Below are positions 25,142-35,675 of a DNA stretch of 64,000 nucleotides, piece by piece; position 1 is the first letter of the stretch, and each line of letters begins with the position of its first letter. The position numbers and the translations under genes are program-made. The notes beneath the pieces were generated by a model. It was not told the origin of the DNA. It made no database searches and saw only the letters and a program-made list of their open reading frames with translations. Source of the DNA: Hungatella sp. UBA5385. Its GTDB lineage: Bacteria > Bacillota > Clostridia > Lachnospirales > Lachnospiraceae. Location: NCBI GenBank assembly GCA_002409995.1, contig DHOR01000028.1, positions 49,692 to 113,691 on the forward strand. The letters are read 5' to 3'.

Positions 25142-26293
25142 ATGCTGCTATCAACACAAATTGCCAACAGGATTGTGAATGAGGTCAATGCTGTGATTCC
25201 GCTGAAGATAAATATAATGGATCAAAAAGGAATTATAGTAGCCAGTTCAAATCCGGCCCGGATCGGAAGTTTTCATGGAGGGGCTTATCGTATTATTAAA
25301 AGTCAGGTTGACGAGATTATCGTACATTATGATGGGGAATACAAAGGTGCTTTGAAGGGCATTAATTATCCCTTAAGACTGCAGAGGTACATTGTTGGAG
25401 TCATAGGGATCACAGGCGAGTATGATGAAATTGTTCAGAGCGCTCTTATTATAAAACGTATGACAGAACTTCTTCTTGAAAATGCCTATTCCATTGAGCA
25501 AAAACAAATGATATCAAATATATGCAACCGTTATCTTGCAGAATGGTTCAGCGGAGAAACAAAAAATATTACTCCCGACTTTATCAATCAGGGAAAACTC
25601 CTTGGTTTTGACATTACAGTGCCAAGGCGTATTTTAGTCTGCGGTTTTTACCGGCCCGGAAGTAATCAGGATATTGTTACAATGCAGATTATCGAAGAGG
25701 TAGAAAATTATGTAAAGAAGCTGATTACCGGAATGGACCCTTTGAATATTTATTATAAAACCGGCTCTACCCTTGTATGCGCAGTTGCAGTTCAAACTGA
25801 TGAAAGCGCAGAAAAAATAGCAAAGGAATTGAAAAAAAGGGTAGAGGAACAATTTCCAATTAAAGTTGCAATCGGCATTGACAGCAGAGAGGAAAACTTT
25901 ACTTATATTCAGGCGGCTTTCAGCCGTGCTCAGAAAGCAAATGAGGCATGTATGAGAACCCATAAGCACGATATCCGCTTTTATGATGACCTGAATATGG
26001 AAGTATTTTCGGATCAAATCAGTGAACATATAAAAATCGAGTTTATACATCGGATTTTTAAAGGCTTTAGCGAAGGGGAAATACGCAAATCCATGGTTTT
26101 GCTGGAAGTGTACTATGATATGGAGGGGGCTCTTAATAAGGCGGCAGACCGGTTATTTATACATAAAAACACATTACAATACAGACTTCGAAGCATTATG
26201 GAAAGAACCGGTTATGATCCCAGATCAATCAGACACTCCTCTCTTTTCTATATTGCTATTTATTTTTACAGAGAAATATATGAGAGTCATTAA
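25142..26293 (+). CDS. CdaR/PucR-family sugar-diacid regulator
   Basis: The N-terminal diacid-recognition pattern is INIMDQKGIIVASSNPARIGSFHGGA. The C-terminal PucR HTH is LFIHKNTLQYRLRSIMERTG. Confidence 0.8.
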   Translation: MLLSTQIANRIVNEVNAVIPLKINIMDQKGIIVASSNPARIGSFHGGAYRIIKSQVDEIIVHYDGEYKGALKGINYPLRLQRYIVGVIGITGEYDEIVQSALIIKRMTELLLENAYSIEQKQMISNICNRYLAEWFSGETKNITPDFINQGKLLGFDITVPRRILVCGFYRPGSNQDIVTMQIIEEVENYVKKLITGMDPLNIYYKTGSTLVCAVAVQTDESAEKIAKELKKRVEEQFPIKVAIGIDSREENFTYIQAAFSRAQKANEACMRTHKHDIRFYDDLNMEVFSDQISEHIKIEFIHRIFKGFSEGEIRKSMVLLEVYYDMEGALNKAADRLFIHKNTLQYRLRSIMERTGYDPRSIRHSSLFYIAIYFYREIYESH

Positions 26294-26350
26294 AACGATA
26301 TTAATGTCATATGGAACAATTATAATGCACATAATTTGTTACCAGAAACA

Positions 26351-26379
26351 TTGCAAAAACATTGTGTGTATTATACAAT
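26351..26379 (+). promoter_or_regulatory. Candidate promoter of gntP-glycerate kinase operon (TTGCAA-17-TACAAT)
   Basis: TTGCAA lies at 26351..26356 and TACAAT at 26374..26379. The -35 region is overlapped by the direct repeat AAACATTG x2 (26346..26353 and 26357..26364). Confidence 0.5.
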
Positions 26380-26442
26380 AAAAGAGTAAAAACGTAACTG
26401 GAATTAGTAACTATTAACAAAGTTTAAGGAGGGGGTTATTTT

Positions 26443-27810
26443 ATGTCAGGTATACCACTTATTATTGCATTTGTTATTGCGGTTATCCTAATGATTGTTG
26501 CAATATCAAAATGGAAAATTCACCCGTTCATATCTATTATGACAATATCTTTACTCTTTGGTATTGTAGCTGGAATTCCGTTGGTAGAGCTGCCTAATGT
26601 CATAGGCGGTGGGTTTAGTAACACATTTAAGAGTATTGGTATCGTTATTATACTTGGAGCACTGATTGGTACATTGCTTGAGAAAACCGGTGCAGCACTT
26701 AAGATGGCAGACTGTGTAGTAAATGTTGTGGGTAAGAAGAACCCGGAACTGGCTATGCTCATTATGGGCTGGATTGTTTCCATACCTGTATTTTGCGACA
26801 GCGGGTTTGTTATCTTAAACCCGATTCGTAAAGCACTGGTAAAACGAACAAGAAAATCCTCTGTAGCATGCTCAGTTGCATTGTCTATGGGACTTTACAT
26901 ATCCCATTGCTTTATTCCGCCTACTCCCGGTCCTATTGCGGCAGCTAACACCTTATATGAGGGAATGGGAATGGATACGAATTTACTGCTGGTAATGGGG
27001 ATGGGTGCTGTTTGTTCTATTCTTCCTTTGATTGCAGGCTATATTTTTGCTATGACAATTGGTAAAAAAGTAAAAGCAGGAGATGAAGCAGATGATCTGC
27101 AGGACCCAACTGTTCAGACTTATGAGCAGCTTGTAGCCAGTTTTGGAAAGCTTCCCAATGCTTTTATGTCATTCGCACCCATTGTTATTCCTATTTTATT
27201 AATGGGTCTTGCTTCTGCATTTTCAATGGCAGGTAAATCTATCCCAATTATAGCGTTCCTTGGAACACCGATTATTGCTATTGCAGTTGGCGTCGTTTTC
27301 GGAATCATTTTATTAGCAAATCAGAAAAAAATGGACGAATTTTATGAAATTACCAATGAAACATTAAAGGTTACAGGACCTATATTATTTATCACTGCAG
27401 CAGGAGGAGTACTGGGTAATGTTATCGCCTCTTCCACTATGGTAGATTATATTAAGTCTTATTCAAGTACATTATCTGCTCTTGGTTTGCTGTTCCCGTT
27501 TTTATTGGCAGCAATTTTAAAGACAGCTCAGGGATCATCAACAGTTGCCATTACAACAACAGCCGGCATTTTGGCGCCAATGCTTCAGACACTTGGTCTT
27601 GCCACCTCACCTCTTATGGCACTTACTGTTATTGCAATTGGAGCAGGTGCAATGACGGTTTCCCATGCAAATGACAGTTATTTCTGGGTTGTTACTAATT
27701 TTGGAGAAATGTCAGTTGAAGATGGATATAAGACGCAGACCCTTGGAACCTTAGTAATCGGTCTTGCTTCTTTGGTTAATGTTTATCTGCTATATTTCTT
27801 CGTTAGATAA
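26443..27810 (+). CDS. GntP-family permease (gluconate/glycerate-type)
   Basis: RBS is AAGGAGGGGG. The 455-aa polytopic protein has a GntP-like N-terminus and a central loop. It is adjacent to the glycerate kinase gene. Confidence 0.8.
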   Translation: MSGIPLIIAFVIAVILMIVAISKWKIHPFISIMTISLLFGIVAGIPLVELPNVIGGGFSNTFKSIGIVIILGALIGTLLEKTGAALKMADCVVNVVGKKNPELAMLIMGWIVSIPVFCDSGFVILNPIRKALVKRTRKSSVACSVALSMGLYISHCFIPPTPGPIAAANTLYEGMGMDTNLLLVMGMGAVCSILPLIAGYIFAMTIGKKVKAGDEADDLQDPTVQTYEQLVASFGKLPNAFMSFAPIVIPILLMGLASAFSMAGKSIPIIAFLGTPIIAIAVGVVFGIILLANQKKMDEFYEITNETLKVTGPILFITAAGGVLGNVIASSTMVDYIKSYSSTLSALGLLFPFLLAAILKTAQGSSTVAITTTAGILAPMLQTLGLATSPLMALTVIAIGAGAMTVSHANDSYFWVVTNFGEMSVEDGYKTQTLGTLVIGLASLVNVYLLYFFVR

Positions 27811-27824
27811 GGAGGGAGGTTTCC

Positions 27825-29057
27825 TTGGGTTTACGATCAGATGCACAAAAGATTATTGATGCTGCCATAACAGCAGCAATGCCAAATACAGCGGTGAAAA
27901 AAGCATTGGACGGGGAAGACTTTTCGGGAGGGAGACTTTTCCTTGTAGCAATCGGTAAAGCGGCATGGTCTATGGCAAAAGCAGCTTCTGATATACTGGG
28001 TGACAGCATACAGGAGGGGATTGTAATTACTAAGTATGATCACTCCAAAGGCGATTTGCCCAATATTCGGATTTATGAAGCAGGGCATCCGATTCCTGAT
28101 GATAATTCTTTTGCTGCTACAAAAGAAGCAATACAGCTTGTTACAGGTCTGACATCTTCAGATAAGGTTTTATTATTGATTTCAGGCGGCGGTTCTGCAC
28201 TGTTTGAAATGCCGCTGATTCCGGCAGCTGAACTGGAAGACTTGACAAAACAATTATTAGCAAGCGGAGCTGATATTGTTGAAATGAATACAATCCGCAA
28301 ACGTTTATCCGGAGTAAAAGGAGGGAAGTTTGCAAAGATTTGTGAACCTGCGCAGGTATTATCGATTGTTTTATCTGATATTATCGGCGATCCCCTTGAT
28401 ATGATTGCCTCAGGACCTGCTTATCCTGACAGCTCAACAGGGGAACAGGCAAGTGAAATCGTTAAAAAGTACGGTATTAAAACAACAGAAGAAATAGATG
28501 CATTATTGAAGATTCAGCCACCACATGAACTTCATAATGTCACAACCAAAATAACTGGAAGTGTAACTCAGCTTTGTGCTGCAGCGGAACTTACATGCAG
28601 AGAGCTTGGCTATGAACCTATTATTCTTACAGCCAGTCTTAGCTGTGAAGCAAGAGAGGCAGGAAGCTTTATCGCATCTATTGGACAATATTATAATGAT
28701 ACTGAGAAATCACTTGCATTTATCATGGGTGGAGAAACTATAGTGCGTCTAAAGGGCACCGGTAAAGGAGGAAGGAATCAGGAACTGGCTTTATCTGCAG
28801 CCGATAATCTGGAGGGATTAAAGGATATTGCAATTTTTTCCATCGGTTCAGATGGCACAGATGGACCTACTGATGCAGCAGGCGGTTATGTTGATACCAA
28901 TACAAAAGCTGAACTGTTGAAGAAAGGTATTAATATTTACGATGTACTGGAGAATAATGACTCCTATCATGCATTGCAGGCATGTGATGGACTTATTATA
29001 ACAGGTGCGACGGGAACCAACGTTAATGATTTATCGGTGTTGCTTATTAAGAGATAA
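27825..29057 (+). CDS. Glycerate 2-kinase (DUF4147 + MOFRL family)
   Basis: TTG start after AAGGAGGGAGG. The motifs VAIGKAAWSMA, LISGGGSALFE and FSIGSDGTDGPTDAAG are present. Confidence 0.8.
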   Translation: MGLRSDAQKIIDAAITAAMPNTAVKKALDGEDFSGGRLFLVAIGKAAWSMAKAASDILGDSIQEGIVITKYDHSKGDLPNIRIYEAGHPIPDDNSFAATKEAIQLVTGLTSSDKVLLLISGGGSALFEMPLIPAAELEDLTKQLLASGADIVEMNTIRKRLSGVKGGKFAKICEPAQVLSIVLSDIIGDPLDMIASGPAYPDSSTGEQASEIVKKYGIKTTEEIDALLKIQPPHELHNVTTKITGSVTQLCAAAELTCRELGYEPIILTASLSCEAREAGSFIASIGQYYNDTEKSLAFIMGGETIVRLKGTGKGGRNQELALSAADNLEGLKDIAIFSIGSDGTDGPTDAAGGYVDTNTKAELLKKGINIYDVLENNDSYHALQACDGLIITGATGTNVNDLSVLLIKR

Positions 29058-29065
29058 TTAAAACT

Positions 29066-29103
29066 AAAAGCGGTATAGCTGATTATTAGCTATATCGCTT
29101 TTC
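29066..29103 (+). terminator. Rho-independent terminator
   Basis: AAAAGCGGTATAGCT / AGCTATATCGCTTTT form a stem with a T-tail. Confidence 0.75.
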
Positions 29104-29229
29104 TAAATTATAAAAACCAGATATTGGAATGATTAAATAAAGAAATCTTCTTGGATTAATGTTACAATAACACTAATTCAAGGGGATATATTTTTGTGCT
29201 AATTGAAAATGACAGGGGGACAGAGATGA

Positions 29230-30990
29230 ATGAAGAAGGTATTTAAAAGTAATCTGGTAAAGGACGTTGTGATAAGTTATATATGGAAGATCGTATTTCC
29301 TATTATGATCATATTGGGGATTTCTTATGGGATAGCAAGCAAATACATATATAATGCGGCAATAAATTCTGTGAAGGTGGCTCAGAATGCGATTATAGAA
29401 CTGGACAAGGATGAGAGCCGTCATGCTGCTATCTCATTATCCCATGTAGTGAATATGAATAATGGCAGCACTATCATGCAGGCGGCGGGAACTGACGAAC
29501 TAAAGAAAGAAACAGCGCTGATACAATTGGATACCATGTATCAGTTACTGGCAGCTCCGGAATATAAACTTTTGGATATTCAGGTTTACCGAAAAGATGG
29601 AATTTCTATTATTCCCCGATGCCAAATCCGCTATTCCATGGAAGAACTGAGACGGAAAGAGTGGTATCAGTCAGCTTTGCAGCAGCCGGGGCAGGTGTAT
29701 GTTGCTATGGACGATAAAGATTACTTCTACCGCAGCCAGACTGCTAATGAAGTTATGGTGGTGGCAGCCATCTTTCCCAGGAATATGCCGGAAGTAGAAT
29801 GTATTGCTCTTTACAAGCTTTCTAAAATTCCGGAAATGATTAAAAAATACAATAAAGACGGAAGTACAGGTCAAATGTACATCATAGATGCCAATGGCAT
29901 ATCTCTGACTAAAGATCTGGAAGAGACAGCAGTACCGGAGTATATTTTGGAAAAAATACATAAGAACCATGCAGGAGAAATGAAGATTTCTTATAAAGGA
30001 ATCTGCTATATTATCCAAGAGATGGCTGATTCTGACAGATATATCCTAAGTGCTGTAGATGAGTGGAACGTATTTGGGCAGTTCAGGCTGGTTTCCCTGG
30101 TCAGTCTGCTGGTGGTTTTTAGTGTAATTCTGTTGTTTATAGTCTATTTTAAATGGTATATGGACAGGCTTCTTATACCTCTCCATCAATTGACAGAAGG
30201 GATGAAGGAGGTTGAAAACCACAATTTAGAGGTGCAGGTGGAAATGTGCGGGCAGAAAGATATTGCACAGATGATCTCAGTTTTTAACAGTATGGTAGAT
30301 AAGATCAGCCAGTTAATTGTTGAAAAGGAAGTTGCACAAAAAGAAAAATATCAGGAAGAACTGCTGGCGCTTCAGTCCCAGATGAATCCTCATTTTCTTA
30401 TGAATACTTTGAACACACTGAAATTCATGGCAATATCAGCACATTTTGATGGGATGCGGGATATGGTAACTGCCTTGGAGAATATACTTGATGCTATATT
30501 GAACCGGGATGGTGGATTTCACAGCGTAAGCGATGAAAAATCCATTTTGGACAGTTATATTTATATTATGCAGTTTAGATATATGGAGAGCTTTAACGTT
30601 GAAACAGACATCAGTCAGGAGGCATTAAACTGCAAAGTACCCAAGCTTATTCTTCAGCCCATTGTGGAAAATAGTATGATTCATGGATTTGACCAAATGG
30701 ATGAACGACAAGGAATTATCAGGATCAAAGGATATGTTCAGGACAACACATTAGTATTTGAAATTATAGATAATGGGAAAGGCATGAATCAAGAGACTAT
30801 TTCTAAAATACGAAAAGAAAAGCCGGAATCTGCAGGGCGGAGAACTGTAGGGGTCAGCAATACAGACAGGCGGCTTAAGCTGAATTTTGGCTCCCAATAT
30901 GGAGTGGAGATAGAGTCGGAACAGGAACAATACACAAGAGTCAGGCTGACGATGCCTGTGATAAAAGCAGAGGATGATAGCCATGTATAA
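29230..30990 (+). CDS. Sensor histidine kinase, YesM-like (two TM, HAMP, His_kinase, HATPase)
   Basis: The His-box is QSQMNPHFLMNTLN. The ATPase motifs are IVENSMIHG and IIDNGKGM. Confidence 0.85.
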   Translation: MKKVFKSNLVKDVVISYIWKIVFPIMIILGISYGIASKYIYNAAINSVKVAQNAIIELDKDESRHAAISLSHVVNMNNGSTIMQAAGTDELKKETALIQLDTMYQLLAAPEYKLLDIQVYRKDGISIIPRCQIRYSMEELRRKEWYQSALQQPGQVYVAMDDKDYFYRSQTANEVMVVAAIFPRNMPEVECIALYKLSKIPEMIKKYNKDGSTGQMYIIDANGISLTKDLEETAVPEYILEKIHKNHAGEMKISYKGICYIIQEMADSDRYILSAVDEWNVFGQFRLVSLVSLLVVFSVILLFIVYFKWYMDRLLIPLHQLTEGMKEVENHNLEVQVEMCGQKDIAQMISVFNSMVDKISQLIVEKEVAQKEKYQEELLALQSQMNPHFLMNTLNTLKFMAISAHFDGMRDMVTALENILDAILNRDGGFHSVSDEKSILDSYIYIMQFRYMESFNVETDISQEALNCKVPKLILQPIVENSMIHGFDQMDERQGIIRIKGYVQDNTLVFEIIDNGKGMNQETISKIRKEKPESAGRRTVGVSNTDRRLKLNFGSQYGVEIESEQEQYTRVRLTMPVIKAEDDSHV

Positions 30991-32512
30991 TGTCTTAATA
31001 GTAGATGATGAAACCATTGTAAGAATGATGCTCAGTTCTATGCTGGACTGGGCCGATCTGGATTTAAATCTGGTGGGGAGTGCCGGAAATGGAAAAGAGG
31101 CTATGGAATATATGAACCAATATAGGATTGATATATTGATTACAGATATTCAGATGCCTGTAGTAGATGGTCTAACCTTGATCCAATATGTGAAGGAAAT
31201 GGAAACTGTGCCGGAGATACTGGTTTTAAGTGCCTACAACGATTTTCCTTATGTACGCCAGGCCTTTAAAATGGGGATTTATGATTATTGCCTTAAAAGA
31301 GAGATTCATGAGGAAATGCTCAAAAAACATCTGCAAAACATGAAGAATCTGCTGAGCCGCAAAGGCCGCTTAGCAGAAGACACTCAACCTCATGAAAAGG
31401 ACCGTCAAGGGCTTCTTACCAAGCTGCTTCGGGGGCAGATTGATCCCAGTGATGCCGGACTGCCGGATTGTTATTATGTTGTGTATTTTTCTATTCAGGG
31501 TTATCAGAAGATGAGTATTATGCCCTCGCTGATTAACTTAGCCGGGCAGATGTTACAGATTGCCAGACATGGGACAATCGCCTCTATAAATGACACAAAT
31601 CTGCTTATGATCTATGAGGCAGAGTCTGAGAACAATGATCTTTCTTCCCTGTTACGGGTCTGTACCAGGCTTCTTCATGCATGGAAAAATTACATAAACG
31701 CAGATATCATAGCTGCAGTCAGTGAGAAGGGGCATGGAGCGGAAGAATTTGAACAACGGTTTTATGAAGCAACCATGAATCTTACCATGAAATATGTAAT
31801 GAAATCCCAGAATCTGTTTTCGTCTGAGGATCATCTTAAGTTTTCACTGCCTGATGCTTGTGCCAGGGAAGAGGAATTCAGTGAGATTATTCAGGCATTA
31901 AAATTAAATGATATTGTTCGATACAATGGAGAGAAATCCAGGATACTGTCGGAAATGCAGAAAGCAGAGTTAAAGGAGGCAAAAAAGCAGGCAATCTACC
32001 TGGCGTACCATATTGCAGCTTCTCTGATACATCAGCTTGAGGATGCAGATTATATCTATACATCTGATCTTTTTTTAGAGGTTTCAGAACTGAGTGCCAT
32101 CAGAGAAGTGTGCATTTGGACTGTAAACTTTTTAAATGATATAAAACGTTACTTACAAGCCCATTATCAGTTTGAATTTCCCGATGAGATACAAACGGCC
32201 CTTGATTATATGAATGATAATTATTACAGATCGGATCTGACACTGTATGAAGTGGCGTCAGAAGCCGGCTATAGTGAGAAATACTTCAGTATTCTCTTTA
32301 CTAAGAGAGTGGGAATATCTTTTTCTGATTATCTAAAAAGCCAGCGCATTCATCATGCGAAACACATGCTTAAGAATTCCCATTGGAAGCTGAGAAAGAT
32401 CAGTGAAGCCGTTGGTTATAACAGTGTGGAGTATTTTATCAGAGTGTTTCAGGCAGAAACAGGAATGAGTCCCTCTGCTTACAGAAAAGAGCATCAAACC
32501 ATTGTACAGTAA
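30983..32512 (+). CDS. Response regulator with AraC-type HTH output, YesN-like
   Basis: The start MYNVLIVDDE overlaps the kinase stop by 8 nt. The receiver Asp context is ILITDIQMP, and the C-terminus carries an AraC double HTH. Confidence 0.85.
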   Translation: MYNVLIVDDETIVRMMLSSMLDWADLDLNLVGSAGNGKEAMEYMNQYRIDILITDIQMPVVDGLTLIQYVKEMETVPEILVLSAYNDFPYVRQAFKMGIYDYCLKREIHEEMLKKHLQNMKNLLSRKGRLAEDTQPHEKDRQGLLTKLLRGQIDPSDAGLPDCYYVVYFSIQGYQKMSIMPSLINLAGQMLQIARHGTIASINDTNLLMIYEAESENNDLSSLLRVCTRLLHAWKNYINADIIAAVSEKGHGAEEFEQRFYEATMNLTMKYVMKSQNLFSSEDHLKFSLPDACAREEEFSEIIQALKLNDIVRYNGEKSRILSEMQKAELKEAKKQAIYLAYHIAASLIHQLEDADYIYTSDLFLEVSELSAIREVCIWTVNFLNDIKRYLQAHYQFEFPDEIQTALDYMNDNYYRSDLTLYEVASEAGYSEKYFSILFTKRVGISFSDYLKSQRIHHAKHMLKNSHWKLRKISEAVGYNSVEYFIRVFQAETGMSPSAYRKEHQTIVQ

Positions 32513-32593
32513 ATCATACTATTATTCATTGTTAATACTGATATGAATTGTTAAACTCCAATTAACAGAAAACAGTTTGAACAGGAGGAAATT

Positions 32594-33931
32594 ATGAGAA
32601 AAAACAAATGGGTATTAGCATCAATGGTATTAGCAGCAGGTTTAGCATTAGTCGGCTGCGGAGAAAGTACAGGCAGTAAGGAGAAAACAACTGCTGCAGC
32701 GGGAGAAGGTTCAGATAAAAACATTTCTTGTACACTGACTCTGGCAACCTGGGATGTGACAGCAGCCAGAACCTTTGATGAGCTGGATTTAGAGGGGAGA
32801 TTCCAGGAACTTTATCCCAATGTTGAAATTGATATTGAAGAATTTAGTGCAGAACCAGAATATTTTAATTCTATGAAAATCCGGTCTTCTGCATCAGAAC
32901 TTCCTGATCTGATGTTTCATAAGTCGGATAGTATGTACCAGTATGAGGAGTATCTGACAGATTTAACAGATACTGAGGCTAACAAGAATAATCAGATTGC
33001 AGCAGAATATATGGTGAATGGAAGGGTTTTGGGGGTCCCTGATCGAAAAACCAATGACTATGTGTTTTACTGGGTGGATATGTTTGAAGAAGCAGGAGTA
33101 GAGGTGCCAGACACATGGGGAGAATTTGTAGAAGTCAGTGAAAAACTGCAGGCATATTTTGGAGCAAAGGACCCGGATTATAGTGCAATCAGCATGGGAG
33201 CAAAAGAATCATGGACAACCTACCCATTTATGGAATATGGTCCGGCAGCAGAAAGCGGCAACGGGTATTATTGGGATAGTATGACAGAAGAGGATAAACC
33301 TTTTGCAGAGGGAACTGCAATTCATACTGTTTACGGTAAGGTTTATGATCTCTTCGGGAAAGGAGTCTTTGGAAAAGACCCTCTGGGAATTACCAGTGAT
33401 CAGAGTAAAGAATTATTTGCTAAGAGAAAAGGGACTATGACTTTAAGCAGCCCTATGTTTCTATCTGACTATAAGGCAGATGGCTATGATCCTTCCGGTA
33501 TAGAGACTTTCTATCTTCCTTTCAGAGATGATGACAGTAGTGAGTTCAATCTGGTTACACAGGGTGATTGTTTCTTAAGTGTTACTGAACATTCGGAGAA
33601 TCCGGAAGTTGCAAAAGCATTTCTTGAGTTTTATTTCAGCGAGGCGTGGTATCCTGATTACATAAACCACATCAGCAGCGACAGTACTATGATGCCATTT
33701 CATAAGGAACTGGATGAAGTGCTTATGACAGCACCAGAACTTCAGCCTGATGTAGTATATGTAACCTATGGTGCTGGCAAGAGCGATTTTATCAATATGG
33801 TTTCTGAAACTAAATTTGATTGTAAAGAGCTGGGGGCAGAAATGCTGACAGAAGGATTTGATTTTAACCGTCGTATGGAGGAGTTGAATCAGTCCTGGAC
33901 AGATGCAAGAAAAAAGCTTAATTTACAATAA
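32594..33931 (+). CDS. CUT1-family sugar ABC substrate-binding lipoprotein
   Basis: RBS is AGGAGG. The lipobox is LVGC. The 445-aa protein is SBP_bac_1-like. Confidence 0.8.
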   Translation: MRKNKWVLASMVLAAGLALVGCGESTGSKEKTTAAAGEGSDKNISCTLTLATWDVTAARTFDELDLEGRFQELYPNVEIDIEEFSAEPEYFNSMKIRSSASELPDLMFHKSDSMYQYEEYLTDLTDTEANKNNQIAAEYMVNGRVLGVPDRKTNDYVFYWVDMFEEAGVEVPDTWGEFVEVSEKLQAYFGAKDPDYSAISMGAKESWTTYPFMEYGPAAESGNGYYWDSMTEEDKPFAEGTAIHTVYGKVYDLFGKGVFGKDPLGITSDQSKELFAKRKGTMTLSSPMFLSDYKADGYDPSGIETFYLPFRDDDSSEFNLVTQGDCFLSVTEHSENPEVAKAFLEFYFSEAWYPDYINHISSDSTMMPFHKELDEVLMTAPELQPDVVYVTYGAGKSDFINMVSETKFDCKELGAEMLTEGFDFNRRMEELNQSWTDARKKLNLQ

Positions 33932-33943
33932 GGGGGTAGACCA

Positions 33944-34843
33944 GTGAACAGATTCAATAAAAAAAGATTTTGTTTTTTAAGTCTGTCTCTTATTATTCCG
34001 GTTATATTGTTATGTGTTTTTGTAGTATATCCATTCTGGGAGCTTATTTACATGAGCTTCCTGGAATGGGATGGTGTTGCATCAGATCGTACTTTTATAG
34101 GAATTAACAACTATCTGCAGCTTTTCTTCAAATCCCCAGATTTTTGGCAGGCTTTTAAAAACAACCTGACCTATCTATTCATCCATGGTTTGATGATGCC
34201 TGTTGAACTTCTGCTGGCAATACTTCTTAGCAGCAAATTCAAGGGATCGGGGCTTGTAAAGGCAATTATATTTCTTCCATTTATTATGAATGGCGTTGGA
34301 ATTTCCTATTCATTTTCCTACTTCTTTTCTCCAATTGAAGGTGGTTTTAACTATATATTGACGAAAATGGGATTGGAGCACTTTATTCAAAGCTGGCTTT
34401 CTGATCCGAAAATTGTAAATTATGTATTATCAATGGTTTCGATCTGGAGGTATATGGGATTTCATGTTGTGCTGTTTATGGCAGGACTAGCTTCTGTACA
34501 AAAAGATATGATGGAAGCAGCTATCGTAGATGGAGCTAATGTATGGCAGCGCCTACGGTATATTCAAATTCCTTCTATACGTACAGTCATTGATTTTATG
34601 TTGTTTGATGTGATTAACGGAAGCCTGCAGATGTTTGATATTCCCTATATTATGACAGCGGGAGGTCCTAACGGGGCTTCCAATACATTTACGATATACA
34701 CCATTGATACAGCATTTAAGTTTAATAATTTTGGTATGGCATCATCTATGGCAGTGATTATGATTTTTATGATCGTGTGTGTACAGCTTGTCCAGAAATA
34801 TATCACAGGTCAGGTAAGGAGAAAGGAGAGCAGCAATGACTAG
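33944..34843 (+). CDS. CUT1 sugar ABC permease (MalF/LplB-type)
   Basis: GTG start. Six TM segments are predicted. The EAA-type loop is EAAIVDGANVWQRLRYIQIP. Confidence 0.85.
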   Translation: MNRFNKKRFCFLSLSLIIPVILLCVFVVYPFWELIYMSFLEWDGVASDRTFIGINNYLQLFFKSPDFWQAFKNNLTYLFIHGLMMPVELLLAILLSSKFKGSGLVKAIIFLPFIMNGVGISYSFSYFFSPIEGGFNYILTKMGLEHFIQSWLSDPKIVNYVLSMVSIWRYMGFHVVLFMAGLASVQKDMMEAAIVDGANVWQRLRYIQIPSIRTVIDFMLFDVINGSLQMFDIPYIMTAGGPNGASNTFTIYTIDTAFKFNNFGMASSMAVIMIFMIVCVQLVQKYITGQVRRKESSND

Positions 34844-35663
34844 AAAATGGATTCTTGCTGGGAAATATGTTGTTTCATTATTGCTGATTCTTATGATCAC
34901 CCTGCCTCTTCTGGTAACTGTAGTAAGCTCTTTTAAAATACCGGGAAGCTTAGATACCACGTCACCACTTTGGGTATCATATGATCAGATCACATTTGAC
35001 AATTACAGAAAAGTATTTAAGGAAAGGTATTTATTGCGGGCAGCTATCAACACATTAAAAATCGTAGCAGTGAGTATTACCATTAATGTGCTGTTTGGTT
35101 CTCTCACCGCATATTGCCTGGAGCGGTTTCAATTCCGCTTTAAAAATCTTATTTATATGCTGTTTTATCTGGCTATGATGGTCCCTACCAATATCGTGGA
35201 AATTGCCCGTTTTCGGGTGATTAGAGGACTGGGTCTGTACAATACCATAGGAGCACCCATTATCATATACATAGCAGCTAATTTAATGCAGCTTTATATT
35301 TATCGGCAGTTTATAGGAGGAATACCGGTCTCTCTGGACGAGAGTGCCATGCTTGATGGCTGTGGATATTTCAGGACGTTTTGGCAGATTATATTTCCGC
35401 TTCTGACTCCTGCTACGGCAACACTGATTATTATTAAAACAGTGTCCATCGTAAATGATATGTATATTCCATATCTGTATATGCCTAAGAATCAAAATAA
35501 AACATTGACAACTTTTTTGATGCACTATGCAGGTGCACAACAAAATTCCTGGCCCCTTCTGGCTGCAGGAATTATAGTAGTGGCTTTACCTACAGTGCTT
35601 TTATACCTGTTTTTTCAAAAATATATTATAGAAGGAATTGCGGCAGGAGCCGTTAAAGAATAA
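34836..35663 (+). CDS. CUT1 sugar ABC permease (MalG/LplC-type)
   Basis: The gene overlaps the upstream permease by 8 nt. The EAA loop is ESAMLDGCGYFRTFWQIIFP. Confidence 0.85.
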   Translation: MTRKWILAGKYVVSLLLILMITLPLLVTVVSSFKIPGSLDTTSPLWVSYDQITFDNYRKVFKERYLLRAAINTLKIVAVSITINVLFGSLTAYCLERFQFRFKNLIYMLFYLAMMVPTNIVEIARFRVIRGLGLYNTIGAPIIIYIAANLMQLYIYRQFIGGIPVSLDESAMLDGCGYFRTFWQIIFPLLTPATATLIIIKTVSIVNDMYIPYLYMPKNQNKTLTTFLMHYAGAQQNSWPLLAAGIIVVALPTVLLYLFFQKYIIEGIAAGAVKE

Positions 35664-35675
35664 GAGGAGGAAAGA

